A stretch of 64,000 nt of DNA from Candidatus Chisholmbacteria bacterium (GTDB lineage: Bacteria; Patescibacteriota; Microgenomatia; UBA1400; Chisholmbacteraceae). Where the stretch lies: assembly GCA_963704905.1 (NCBI GenBank), contig CAVPHZ010000002.1:203011-267010 (forward strand), given 5' to 3'. Of this stretch, positions 1 to 11,455 are shown piece by piece; position 1 is the stretch's first letter; every line of letters begins with the position of its first letter. A program made the position numbers and the translations under genes. Below the pieces are notes generated by a model. That model worked only from the letters and a program-made list of their open reading frames with translations. It was not told where the DNA came from and made no database searches.

Positions 1-194
1 AAGCAGGTTGGCAGATAATAGTATCGCATCGCTCAGGAGAAACGAATGATGATTTCATTGCTGATTTTGCGGTTGGTATTGGTGCTCACTATGCAAAATT
101 TGGAGCTCCTGCACGAGGTGAGCGGGTAGCCAAGTACAACAGACTCCTTCGCATAGAAGAGCAACTTTCTTCTCGGCATCAAAATCAAAGTTAG
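1..194 (+). CDS. eno: Enolase, C-terminal fragment; 5' end lies outside the window
   Basis: Frame 3 translation ...[48 protein letters not shown] matches the conserved enolase C-terminus (SHRSGETED..IADLAV...RSERVAKYNQLLRIEE). Stop TAG at 192-194. Confidence 0.85.
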   Translation, partial: AGWQIIVSHRSGETNDDFIADFAVGIGAHYAKFGAPARGERVAKYNRLLRIEEQLSSRHQNQS

Positions 195-218
195 AGACAG
201 TTTTTGTTCAATATTTTT

Positions 219-1853
219 ATGGCACCTATTCCAAAACCTCTAGTGTTAGTCATACTTGACGGTTGGGGATATACGTCAACGAAAACACCCGGAAATGCAA
301 TTTCTGAGGCTCAAACTCCGAATTTAGACAAGTTATACGCAGAGTATCCACATACCCTTTTAGATGCATCTGGAGAGGCTGTTGGGCTTCCGCATGGGGA
401 GGCGGGAAATACAGAAACCGGTCATCTTAACATTGGTGCGGGAAGAGTTGTGCTCCAGGATCTTCCCAGAATAAACATGTCAATAGCCGATGGATCATAT
501 TTTGAAAACGATGCGTTTATCAAAGCAGTAGAGCACGTTCACGATAATCAGAGTACCTTTCATATCCTTGGTCTTCTAGGTGCGGGAGGTGTTCATTCCA
601 ATCTTGAGCATATCTTTGCATTGCTTCACTTAGCCAAGGAAAACAATGTAAAAAGACTTGCATTTCACGTTATAACTGATGGCCGTGATTCTCCTCCGAC
701 ATCCGCATTAACCTACATCGGACAGCTCAACGAGAAGATAAAAACAACTAAAATAGGAAAAATTTCTTCAATTTCTGGGAGATACTATGCTATGGATAGG
801 GATCACCGCTGGGAACGGACTGAAAAAAGCTATAGAACTCTTACCTCAGGTGATGGAAAAATAGCTTCAACACCTGAGCAAGCAGTCAATCAATCCTACA
901 GATCAGGGAAAACAGACGAATTTATTGAACCGACGATAATTGTTGGCTCACATGACGAGCAACCAGTTCTAATTAGAGAGAACGATAGTGTGATCTTTGC
1001 AAATTTTCGTATTGATAGACCCAGGCAATTAACTAAAGCCTTTGTTCTTCCAAATTTTGAAGACTCTGCCAACAGAAAACCAGGTTTCGATCCATACGCT
1101 GTAAAATATTACAAAAAACACGAGGTCGACACAGAAACACAAACAAAACCATTTTCTCGAGGAGATCGGATAAAAAATCTGTTCTTCGTTACCATGACAG
1201 AATACGAAAGAGGCTTACCAGTTTCTGTAGCGTTTCCCCCTCAACCAATTCAAACTCCCCTAGGACAAGTATTGGCAAAAAAAAGCCTCAAACAACTTCG
1301 TATCGCTGAAACAGAAAAAGAACGATTTGTCACCTACTACTTTAACGGTCTCCGAGAAGATCCATTTCCAGGGGAAGATCTCATCATCATCCCTTCACCA
1401 AAGGTGAGTACATATGATCAACAGCCACAAATGTCAGCCCCAGAAATTACCGAAGCAGTACTCGAGCGCGTAGGTGAAGGCTTATATGACGTGATGATTA
1501 TAAATTTTGCAAATCCGGACATGGTTGCTCACACAGGAAACCTTAAAGCTACAATAGATGCTTGCCAGGTCGTCGATGGATCTGTTGGACAAATTGTAGA
1601 AAAAACACTGACTGTCAATGGTGCACTTATTATCACAGCCGATCACGGAAACGCCGAACAATTGCTCAATCCAGATTCAGGTGCGATTATCACCGAGCAT
1701 TCGAGTAATCCAGTTCCATTGATATTGGTTTCAAAGCAATATCATAAATCAACAAAATTACCGCAAGGGGTACTTGCCGACATTGCTCCAACTATGTTAC
1801 AAATGTTAAAGATATCAAAACCTAAGGAGATGACCGGTAGGTCGCTAATTTAA
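219..1853 (+). CDS. gpmI: 2,3-bisphosphoglycerate-independent phosphoglycerate mutase
   Basis: N-terminus MAPIPKPLVLVILDGWG..., full-length (~545 aa) alkaline-phosphatase-like iPGM signature. The ORF-track start at 204 is TTG; first ATG is at 219. Confidence 0.9.
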   Translation: MAPIPKPLVLVILDGWGYTSTKTPGNAISEAQTPNLDKLYAEYPHTLLDASGEAVGLPHGEAGNTETGHLNIGAGRVVLQDLPRINMSIADGSYFENDAFIKAVEHVHDNQSTFHILGLLGAGGVHSNLEHIFALLHLAKENNVKRLAFHVITDGRDSPPTSALTYIGQLNEKIKTTKIGKISSISGRYYAMDRDHRWERTEKSYRTLTSGDGKIASTPEQAVNQSYRSGKTDEFIEPTIIVGSHDEQPVLIRENDSVIFANFRIDRPRQLTKAFVLPNFEDSANRKPGFDPYAVKYYKKHEVDTETQTKPFSRGDRIKNLFFVTMTEYERGLPVSVAFPPQPIQTPLGQVLAKKSLKQLRIAETEKERFVTYYFNGLREDPFPGEDLIIIPSPKVSTYDQQPQMSAPEITEAVLERVGEGLYDVMIINFANPDMVAHTGNLKATIDACQVVDGSVGQIVEKTLTVNGALIITADHGNAEQLLNPDSGAIITEHSSNPVPLILVSKQYHKSTKLPQGVLADIAPTMLQMLKISKPKEMTGRSLI

Positions 1854-1855
1854 TT

Positions 1856-3598
1856 ATGAAAGTTGAAATATTTAAAAAAGATGTAAAATCCCTGAAAAAA
1901 ACTCCTAATCTTCCAGATTATGATGCCTACCACCAAAAATTTAAATGGAGCGATGCAAAAGATGAAATTGAATACTTTAGCGGTAAACTAAACGCAGCCT
2001 ATAATGCAGTTGACCGCAATGCAAATAATTGGAGAAAAAATAAAATTGCCTTATATTGGGAAGGTGACGAAGGTAACAAGCTCAGATACACCTTCACTGA
2101 TCTTTACAAGAGATCGAATCAATTCAGCAATCTCCTTCATACTCTAGATGTTCAAAAAAGCGATAGAGTCTTTTTCTTCCTCCCCAGAGTTCCAGAGTTG
2201 TACTATGGCTTTCTTGGTACCGTAAAACGTGGCAGCATAGCCGGAACCATGTTTTCTGCCTTTGGTCCTAAAGCAATTCAAGACCGTCTTGGTAACAGCA
2301 GTGCCAAAGTAGTTGTGACAAATAAAGAGTTGCTTCCCAGAGTTCTGAAAGTTGTAAAAGACCTTCCGGAATTGGAAACTATTCTGCTAGTCGATTCAAC
2401 CCAGGAGAAAAAGGAAGGACACGCGCGAATCGTTTCTCTGAGAAAACTCATCGATAAAGAGAAGGAAAGCTACGAGACTCGCATGATGAATCCAGAGGAT
2501 CCCGCTTTCATGCTCTACACTTCAGGAACAACTGGTAAACCGAAAGGTGTTATTCATGCACATCGCTCAATTCTTCATGAACACATGAGCGCTAAATGGG
2601 TCCTCGACCTCCAAGAAGACGATGTCTACTGGTGCACGGCTGATCCAGGATGGGTCACTGGTATTGCCTACGAAATCCTTGGAAGTTGGTCTAACGGTGC
2701 TTCTTCCGTTGTCTATGCAGGCCGTTTTAGTCCAGAAAAATGGTATGAAATCATTCAAGAATATAGTGTAAACGTTTGGTATACAGCACCTACAGCCATC
2801 AGAATGCTGGCTGCAGCCAAGGGAAATCCCTCTAAAAACTACGATTTCAGTTCTCTGAGGCATTTGGCAAGTGTTGGCGAGCCTCTCAATCCAGAGCCTA
2901 TCCGTTGGGGTCTAAAAACCTTTGGTTTACCATTCCACGACAATTGGTGGCAAACCGAGACTGGCGGGATTCTCATTGCCAATTATCCTTCTATGGATAT
3001 CAGACTCGGATCCATGGGTAAACCCTTGCCGGGAGTACATGCTGCAATTATTGATGATGAGGGTAAAGAACTTGGACCGAATCAGGAAGGCGACTTAGCA
3101 ATAAAGCCTGGTTGGCCATCGATGATGAAGACCATTTGGCGCAGGCCAAAAAAATACGATTCATATTTCCTCAAAGGCTGGTACATCAGCGGTGACCGTG
3201 CCTTCAAAGACAAGGATGGATATTTTTGGTTCATCGGTCGCGCAGACGATGTTATTAAAACAGCAGGGGAGCGGGTTGGTCCTTTCGAGGTCGAGTCCGC
3301 ACTTGTAGAACATCCTGACATCATTGAAGCTGGTGTTATTGGAAAGCCCGACGCTATGCGCGGTGAAATCATCAAAGCCTTTGTTACGCTCCGACCTGGA
3401 GTAGAGCAAACCGAGAAGCTTAAAGAGGAAATTCAAGTGTTTATCAAAAAGCATCTTGCAGGTCATGCCTACCCTCGCGAAATAGAATTTAAGGATGATC
3501 TCCCCAAAACCCGTTCTGGGAAAATTATGCGCAGGATGCTTAAAGCGCAAGAACTTGGACTACCCATAGGAGATACCTCTACCTTAGCCAAATTTTAG
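1856..3598 (+). CDS. AMP-forming acyl/acetyl-CoA synthetase (adenylate-forming enzyme)
   Basis: AMP-binding motif YTSGTTGKPKGV; N-terminal region resembles acetyl-CoA synthetases; C-terminal lysine motif PKTRSGKIMRR. Confidence 0.75.
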   Translation: MKVEIFKKDVKSLKKTPNLPDYDAYHQKFKWSDAKDEIEYFSGKLNAAYNAVDRNANNWRKNKIALYWEGDEGNKLRYTFTDLYKRSNQFSNLLHTLDVQKSDRVFFFLPRVPELYYGFLGTVKRGSIAGTMFSAFGPKAIQDRLGNSSAKVVVTNKELLPRVLKVVKDLPELETILLVDSTQEKKEGHARIVSLRKLIDKEKESYETRMMNPEDPAFMLYTSGTTGKPKGVIHAHRSILHEHMSAKWVLDLQEDDVYWCTADPGWVTGIAYEILGSWSNGASSVVYAGRFSPEKWYEIIQEYSVNVWYTAPTAIRMLAAAKGNPSKNYDFSSLRHLASVGEPLNPEPIRWGLKTFGLPFHDNWWQTETGGILIANYPSMDIRLGSMGKPLPGVHAAIIDDEGKELGPNQEGDLAIKPGWPSMMKTIWRRPKKYDSYFLKGWYISGDRAFKDKDGYFWFIGRADDVIKTAGERVGPFEVESALVEHPDIIEAGVIGKPDAMRGEIIKAFVTLRPGVEQTEKLKEEIQVFIKKHLAGHAYPREIEFKDDLPKTRSGKIMRRMLKAQELGLPIGDTSTLAKF

Positions 3599-3617
3599 GT
3601 CCAACTAGGAAAGCAGC

Positions 3618-5348
3618 ATGCCATCAATAGATCTAAATTGGAAAGTTGCCGGCTTTGCCGGAGAAGGAATCATGACAACCGGTTTGCTTTTTAGCAAAGT
3701 CTGCGCTCGTCATGGCCTCAACATTTTTGACTATACCGAGTATCCATCCCTCATTCGTGGCGGACACAATACCTATCAGGTGTTTGCCTCAAAAGATGAA
3801 GCAGTCGTTCAAAAGAAACAACTAAATCTCCTCGTTGCATTAAATAAAAATGCTCTAAATTTTCATAAGGACGAATTAAATGAAAATTCATTGGTAATTT
3901 ATGACAAAGAGGACGACAACATTAACATTGAAGAATTTTCTCTCCCTGGTAACTCATTCAATCTTCCCATGGTTCGCCTGGCAGAAGAATCGGGTGCTCA
4001 ACGTGTGATGTCAAATAATGTCGCAGTTGGAGCCTCATTATTTTTTCTGGGTTTAGATTTTAACATTCTCGAAGACCTTATCAAAGATATTTTTGGCAAC
4101 AAAGGCGAAGAAGTTGTGAATTTAAACAAGAACGCCGCCCGAGCTGGATACGATTTTGCCAAAGCCAACGGACAGTCGTTGATGGAAATTGAAAAACAAG
4201 ATCCAGGGAATCGATATACGCTTACCGGGAATGAAGCCGTAGGTCTTGGTGCAATTGCCGGTGGATTACAGTGTTACATTGCCTATCCGATGACTCCATC
4301 CAGCTCAGTTCTTCACTTCCTAGCAGCCAAGGCTGCAGATGCAAACATTGTTGTAAAGCATGCAGAAGATGAAATAAGTGTTATAAACATGGCTTTAGGT
4401 GCATCATTTTCTGGCGTTCGTGTCATGGTAGGAACTTCCGGTGGAGGATTTTGCTACATGACAGAAGCTTTGGGTTTGAGTGGAATTGCAGAACTACCCA
4501 TAGTAGTTTTTGTTGCCATGCGGCCCGGTCCAGCACTTGGCATGCCAACTTGGACTGCTCAGGGGGATTTGCAGTTCTTAATCAGCGCCAGCCAGGACGA
4601 ATTTCCCCGTTTTGTCTTGACACCCAGCAATGCTCAAGAATCGTTTGAATTAACCAGCGCAGCTGTAAATCTAGCAGAAAAGTATCAAACACCTGTAATA
4701 GTTGCAACTGACAAATTTATTGCTGAGAGCCGCCACACAATAGCGCTTGAAGGACAAACATTCAACAACAGTCGATTTGGATTTTCTCAAAATCCTCAGC
4801 CTGATGATTCTGGATTTTTCCCAAGATTTTCACCTACCGAAAATGGCGTAAGTGAGCGCGCCATTCCGGGTATATCAGGTGGAAATTACATTGCCAATTC
4901 CTATGAGCACGATCAATATGGTTTGGCAACCGAAGTTGCGGTAGTTCGACAAGCGCAAATGGAAAAACGATTTAAAAAATTTGAACATATGAAAAAAGAA
5001 GTACCACAGCAGTATTTCGATTCACAAGATGATGCAAAACTCACCTTCATTTCTTATGGCTCTTCAAAAGGCGTGATACAGGAAGCCAGAAAAATGCTCA
5101 GTAGAGATGGCGTCAACTCTAACATGCTCCATATCTCTTGGGCTTGGCCATTCCCTGCCGAGCAGGTTAAGTCGGTACTTGATCAATCACCGAAAACTCT
5201 TGCCGTGGAAGGAAACTACCAAGGACAACTCGCCCGTCTTATTGCTCAAGAAACGGGAGTCCAAGTTCAAAATCATCTGCATAAGTATGATGGCAGACCA
5301 TTTTATATAGACGATATTGTTAATCATGTTAAAGGGATGAACCTCTAA
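3618..5348 (+). CDS. korA: 2-oxoacid:ferredoxin oxidoreductase, alpha (fused gamma-alpha) subunit
   Basis: 576-aa protein with the OFOR alpha pattern (GNEAVGLGAIAGGLQCYIAYPMTPSS...); ATG preceded by AGGAAAG RBS; followed immediately by the beta subunit. Confidence 0.8.
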   Translation: MPSIDLNWKVAGFAGEGIMTTGLLFSKVCARHGLNIFDYTEYPSLIRGGHNTYQVFASKDEAVVQKKQLNLLVALNKNALNFHKDELNENSLVIYDKEDDNINIEEFSLPGNSFNLPMVRLAEESGAQRVMSNNVAVGASLFFLGLDFNILEDLIKDIFGNKGEEVVNLNKNAARAGYDFAKANGQSLMEIEKQDPGNRYTLTGNEAVGLGAIAGGLQCYIAYPMTPSSSVLHFLAAKAADANIVVKHAEDEISVINMALGASFSGVRVMVGTSGGGFCYMTEALGLSGIAELPIVVFVAMRPGPALGMPTWTAQGDLQFLISASQDEFPRFVLTPSNAQESFELTSAAVNLAEKYQTPVIVATDKFIAESRHTIALEGQTFNNSRFGFSQNPQPDDSGFFPRFSPTENGVSERAIPGISGGNYIANSYEHDQYGLATEVAVVRQAQMEKRFKKFEHMKKEVPQQYFDSQDDAKLTFISYGSSKGVIQEARKMLSRDGVNSNMLHISWAWPFPAEQVKSVLDQSPKTLAVEGNYQGQLARLIAQETGVQVQNHLHKYDGRPFYIDDIVNHVKGMNL

Positions 5349-5355
5349 GAATACT

Positions 5356-6276
5356 ATGGATCAAAATCAAAACTCTCAAAACCAACCATCACCAGCACAA
5401 CCCTCAGATCAAGATCGATATGGCAGATCATCTGCAGGAGCAAAATATCCTAAAAATCCGACTTGGTGTCCTGGGTGTGGCAACTATGCGATTTGGGGAG
5501 CCATAAAAATGGGAATTAAAAATCTTGCCTATCCCAAGGAAAAGATTGTGATGTTCTACGATGTCGGATGTTCAGGAAATATGGCAGACTTTAATGAATA
5601 TTATGGATTCCATGCATTGCACGGTCGAGCTCTGCCTCCTGCAGTTGGCGCAAAGTTAGCCAATCATGAGCTTAAACCGCTAGTGATCATAGGAGATGGT
5701 GGTTGCTACGGAGAAGGTGGTACCCATTTTCTCAACCTCATGCGCGGAAACCACGATATTACAGTGCTAGTCCACGATAATCATCGGTACAGCTTAACCA
5801 CCGGTCAAATGAGTCCAACCACCGACAAGGGTGTTAAGACCAAATCCACACCGGAAGGAACTATCGAGGAACCAATGATTCCCATGGCAATTGCGGTCAG
5901 CAATCATGCAACTTTTGTTGCCAGAGAATTTGCGGGAGATATTCCTAAACTCGCTTCTCGGATTACCGAAGCCATGAATCACGTTGGATTTTCTATAATC
6001 GACATCCTTCAACCATGTCCGGTGATGAACCCAGCTCAAGGGTACGACTGGTACAGAGAGCAGATGGTATATCTAGAGAATGAAAATCATGATCCATCCA
6101 GCAAAGAAAGCGCCTGGAAACAGTCAATGAGAGATGACAAACTTCCGGTTGGTCTTTTCTACAAGGAAGAAAAACCAGCCTACCACCAGCAGGTGAGCGA
6201 ACTTTCTGAAAAACCACTCATTCAGCATCAGATAGAATCTGTCGATTTGTCTAAACTGCTCCACCAGTTTAAATAA
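5356..6276 (+). CDS. korB: 2-oxoacid:ferredoxin oxidoreductase, beta (TPP-binding) subunit
   Basis: CPGCGNYAIW... TPP-binding beta-subunit N-terminus; GDGGCYGEGG motif. Confidence 0.85.
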   Translation: MDQNQNSQNQPSPAQPSDQDRYGRSSAGAKYPKNPTWCPGCGNYAIWGAIKMGIKNLAYPKEKIVMFYDVGCSGNMADFNEYYGFHALHGRALPPAVGAKLANHELKPLVIIGDGGCYGEGGTHFLNLMRGNHDITVLVHDNHRYSLTTGQMSPTTDKGVKTKSTPEGTIEEPMIPMAIAVSNHATFVAREFAGDIPKLASRITEAMNHVGFSIIDILQPCPVMNPAQGYDWYREQMVYLENENHDPSSKESAWKQSMRDDKLPVGLFYKEEKPAYHQQVSELSEKPLIQHQIESVDLSKLLHQFK

Positions 6277-7268
6277 TGAATCAATTTCCACCTTCCTCAG
6301 CGGCTCGGATAATGACAGAAAATGTTCCCACAGCAAAACCGGACGATACGGTTTCCTCAGTTCTTCAACACATCAAACAACAAGTCCCTTCCTTTGACAG
6401 CATAAGCTACACGTACGTGGTTGGCTCAAGTGGAAAACTTCTGGGTGTGGTATCCATAGGCTCACTATTGAAAGCCAAAGATTCCCAATTAGTACACGAT
6501 GTTATGACCAAAGATATCATTTCAGTCCATCCCTACACTGACCAAGAACACGTTGCCATGCTAGCAATTGAGCACAATATCAAAGCGATTCCAGTCATTG
6601 ACAGAAATGATTTATTCCGCGGTACTGTAGCAAACGACAGGATTTTGAGCATCCTTCATGAAGAACATATTGAAGATATTTTGAAATTATCCGGAATCGA
6701 TGTCAGTGTCATCAAGAGTTCAGAAATAAAATTAAAAAGTACATCATCTTCACTCCGGATGCGCATTCCTTGGCTTTTATTAGGTCTTTTTGGTGGGTTG
6801 ATAACAACTTTGTTAGTTTCACAGTTTGAAGCGTTAATTCAGGAAATCATAGCGCTTTCGTTTTTCATTCCAGTTGTTGCCTACTTAAGCGGAGCAATTG
6901 CCAATCAAACACAATCAATGCTCATACGAAACGTGATTGTAAGAGGTCTCAACATTAAAAAGTATTACTTTTCTGAGCTAGTCAGTGGCACGATTTTAGG
7001 AGCATTCTTCGGTATTCTGCTTGGTGTCATCTCCTATTTTTGGCTCAAAATTCCGGAAATTTCACTTACAATAGCAATTTCAATGACTATCAATGCAGCG
7101 TTATCAACAACCACCTCTACCTTCATCCCCTGGTTTTTAACTAAGTCCAATAAGGATCCTGCCTTTGCAGCTGGTCCATTTTCTATTGTTATTCAAGATA
7201 TGATGAATATCATCGTATACTTGACGACTGCATCCATAATATTTAACCTAACCAATTTTTCTGCATGA
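6276..7268 (+). CDS. mgtE: Mg2+ transporter MgtE-like (CBS pair plus MgtE membrane domain)
   Basis: CBS-like region followed by multiple hydrophobic helices and a conserved acidic/Pro-rich tail (PFSIVIQDMMNI); start overlaps korB stop. Confidence 0.7.
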   Translation: MNQFPPSSAARIMTENVPTAKPDDTVSSVLQHIKQQVPSFDSISYTYVVGSSGKLLGVVSIGSLLKAKDSQLVHDVMTKDIISVHPYTDQEHVAMLAIEHNIKAIPVIDRNDLFRGTVANDRILSILHEEHIEDILKLSGIDVSVIKSSEIKLKSTSSSLRMRIPWLLLGLFGGLITTLLVSQFEALIQEIIALSFFIPVVAYLSGAIANQTQSMLIRNVIVRGLNIKKYYFSELVSGTILGAFFGILLGVISYFWLKIPEISLTIAISMTINAALSTTTSTFIPWFLTKSNKDPAFAAGPFSIVIQDMMNIIVYLTTASIIFNLTNFSA

Positions 7269-8446
7269 AGAACATCAAAAGTCTTTCTGAACTAAACCTA
7301 GAAGGTAAACGGATTTTAATGCGCGTTGATTTCAATGTTTCACTTCAGGGAAAAATAATTGCCGACGATACACGAATCAAACAAGCGATCCCTACCATTA
7401 AATATCTTCTCGAAAAGAACGCTGGTATCATTCTTGTTTCACATCTTGGTAGGCCAGATGGAAAACGAGTAAATAAATTCTCTATTGCCCCTGCAGCTCA
7501 TCGTCTCAGCCTGCTTATAAAAAAACCTATTTCGGTTGTAAACGACTTCACCAAGAATCATGAAAAAGCCACATTACTTAAATTAAAACCCGGTGAAATT
7601 AAAATGTTGGAAAATATTAGATTTTATCCGCAGGAAGAGAGAAATGATTACCAGTTTTCCCAAGCACTTGCATCCCTTGCAGATGTCTATATTAACGACG
7701 CCTTTGGCGTTAATCACAGAGTGCACAGCTCTACAGTCGGCGTTGCAAGCTTTCTTCCCAAAGCCGCCGGTCTCCTCCTGGAAAAAGAAATTGAGATGAT
7801 CTCGAAGCTAGTAAAAAAACCTAAAAGACCGTTTGTTGCCATCATCGGTGGTGCTAAGGCAGAAACGAAAATTACACTCATCGACCGTCTCTTAGAAATG
7901 GCTGATCAATTGCTCATTGGAGGAGGTGTGGCAAATACATTCTTTAAGGCCTGGGGACTCGAAGTTGGTGATTCTCTTGTAAATCACGAAATGGTTGAAC
8001 TGAGCCGAAAACTCTTTTGGAAGGCCTTACAATCAAACACTGCTATGGTATTACCGCAGGATGTAGTTATAGGGAGTCTAAAAGAGAACAAAATCATTCG
8101 CGTCTCTTCTAGAGAAAATATTTCTAAAAATGGGAGAGTGTTGGATATTGGACCACACACACAAGCAGAGTTTGGCGCAATAATAGCCAAAGCAAAAACG
8201 ATTGTATGGAACGGTCCAATGGGAGTATACGAGAGTTCCAAATTTCGGCTTGGCACAGATTTTGTTTATCATGCGATAGCCGCAAATAAAGATGCATTTT
8301 CAGTTGTAGGAGGTGGAGACACGCTCGCTGCGCTTACCCACAAACATCTGGTTGACGAAATTACCCACATCTCTACCGGCGGTGGATCCATGCTTGAGTA
8401 TATTGAGAAAGGTACGTTACCTGCAATCGAAGCATTGAAGAACTAA
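7265..8446 (+). CDS. pgk: Phosphoglycerate kinase
   Basis: N-terminal KRILMRVDFNV..., HLGRPDG, C-terminal STGGGSMLEY motifs typical of PGK. Confidence 0.9.
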   Translation: MKNIKSLSELNLEGKRILMRVDFNVSLQGKIIADDTRIKQAIPTIKYLLEKNAGIILVSHLGRPDGKRVNKFSIAPAAHRLSLLIKKPISVVNDFTKNHEKATLLKLKPGEIKMLENIRFYPQEERNDYQFSQALASLADVYINDAFGVNHRVHSSTVGVASFLPKAAGLLLEKEIEMISKLVKKPKRPFVAIIGGAKAETKITLIDRLLEMADQLLIGGGVANTFFKAWGLEVGDSLVNHEMVELSRKLFWKALQSNTAMVLPQDVVIGSLKENKIIRVSSRENISKNGRVLDIGPHTQAEFGAIIAKAKTIVWNGPMGVYESSKFRLGTDFVYHAIAANKDAFSVVGGGDTLAALTHKHLVDEITHISTGGGSMLEYIEKGTLPAIEALKN

Positions 8447-8457
8447 TCACATCCAAA

Positions 8458-9078
8458 TTACAATCCAAATCTACGTATGAGTCCAACGACCTTACCTTGA
8501 ATACGTACATTTTTAGCAAATATTGGACTCATCTGAGAATTTGCAGGTTCAAGACGAACCCGTGTTGCTTCCTTGAAATATCGCTTGAGTGTTGCTAAAC
8601 CATTTTCAAGCAGGGCAACAACAATATCACCATCATAAACCTCATCTTGTTCTTCAATGACAACATAGTCACCGTCAAGAATACCTTCTTCAATCATACT
8701 TTCGCCTTTGACCTGGAGTACATAGGATCGTTTTTTACCGGTTATCATCGTAGGTGATACACGAAACTGTGCATTTGGATCAGTATGAGGCTCTATTGGT
8801 TGACCAGCAGCGATGTAACCCATGATTGGAAGTTCAAGGCCATCAGTATTCCTTCCGACCGTTCGATCAAGCAATTCAATACCACGAACTGCACCATCAT
8901 ATTTTTTAATCACTCCCTTTTTCTCAAGTGCTTGAAGATGCTCATGAACAGTGGCTAGTGAAGAGACATTAATCGAATCAGCAATATTTTGCAGAGTTGG
9001 TGAGTATCCATTTTTCTGAATGTACTGAGAAATAAAATCAACAATCTGTCTTTGTCTGCGGTAGAGTGTAACTGGCAT
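8458..9078 (-). CDS. lexA: LexA repressor (SOS regulator, S24 peptidase)
   Basis: N-terminal winged-helix DNA-binding region (LTLRQRQIVDFI...), Ser-Lys dyad region GESMIEEGILDGDYVVI...KGKVVGLIRRF; divergent from uvrB. Confidence 0.9.
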   Translation of the reverse strand: MPVTLYRRQRQIVDFISQYIQKNGYSPTLQNIADSINVSSLATVHEHLQALEKKGVIKKYDGAVRGIELLDRTVGRNTDGLELPIMGYIAAGQPIEPHTDPNAQFRVSPTMITGKKRSYVLQVKGESMIEEGILDGDYVVIEEQDEVYDGDIVVALLENGLATLKRYFKEATRVRLEPANSQMSPIFAKNVRIQGKVVGLIRRFGL

Positions 9079-9206
9079 AGATTTGTTCCTTTCGTTTATA
9101 GTTGATTGGGGTTATATTATTGTTCTCTGCGGGTCATATTAGCCCAAATAATTCCCGACTGTCAATGGGTACAAATGTCTCAAACAAGATCAAGTATAAT
9201 AGAGCT

Positions 9207-11219
<2,013 letters not shown>

Positions 11220-11235
11220 ATTAAAAGCCGAATCT

Positions 11236-11397
11236 ATGCCTGGAGATGAAGAAACCAAACCAAATGGAGTTGAGTTGCACAAAGATGAAAAAATGCAATC
11301 GGCGGTTCGTCGTTTGATTCAAAAACTGGGTGGCAATCCAGACAAACCAAAACAATCCACTGAAAACCAAAATAATACTGAATCAGACTCTTCTTAA
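11236..11397 (+). CDS. Small hypothetical protein (53 aa) between uvrB and uvrA
   Basis: ATG at 11236 just after the uvrB stop; hydrophilic Lys/Glu-rich peptide MPGDEETKPNGVELHKDEKMQSAVRRLIQKLGG...; no recognisable domain. Confidence 0.2.
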   Translation: MPGDEETKPNGVELHKDEKMQSAVRRLIQKLGGNPDKPKQSTENQNNTESDSS

Positions 11398-11455
11398 TAA
11401 ATTTACTCAGGAATCTTCTTTTTAGATTGATTGTCTGCTACAATGTCCGATTGCA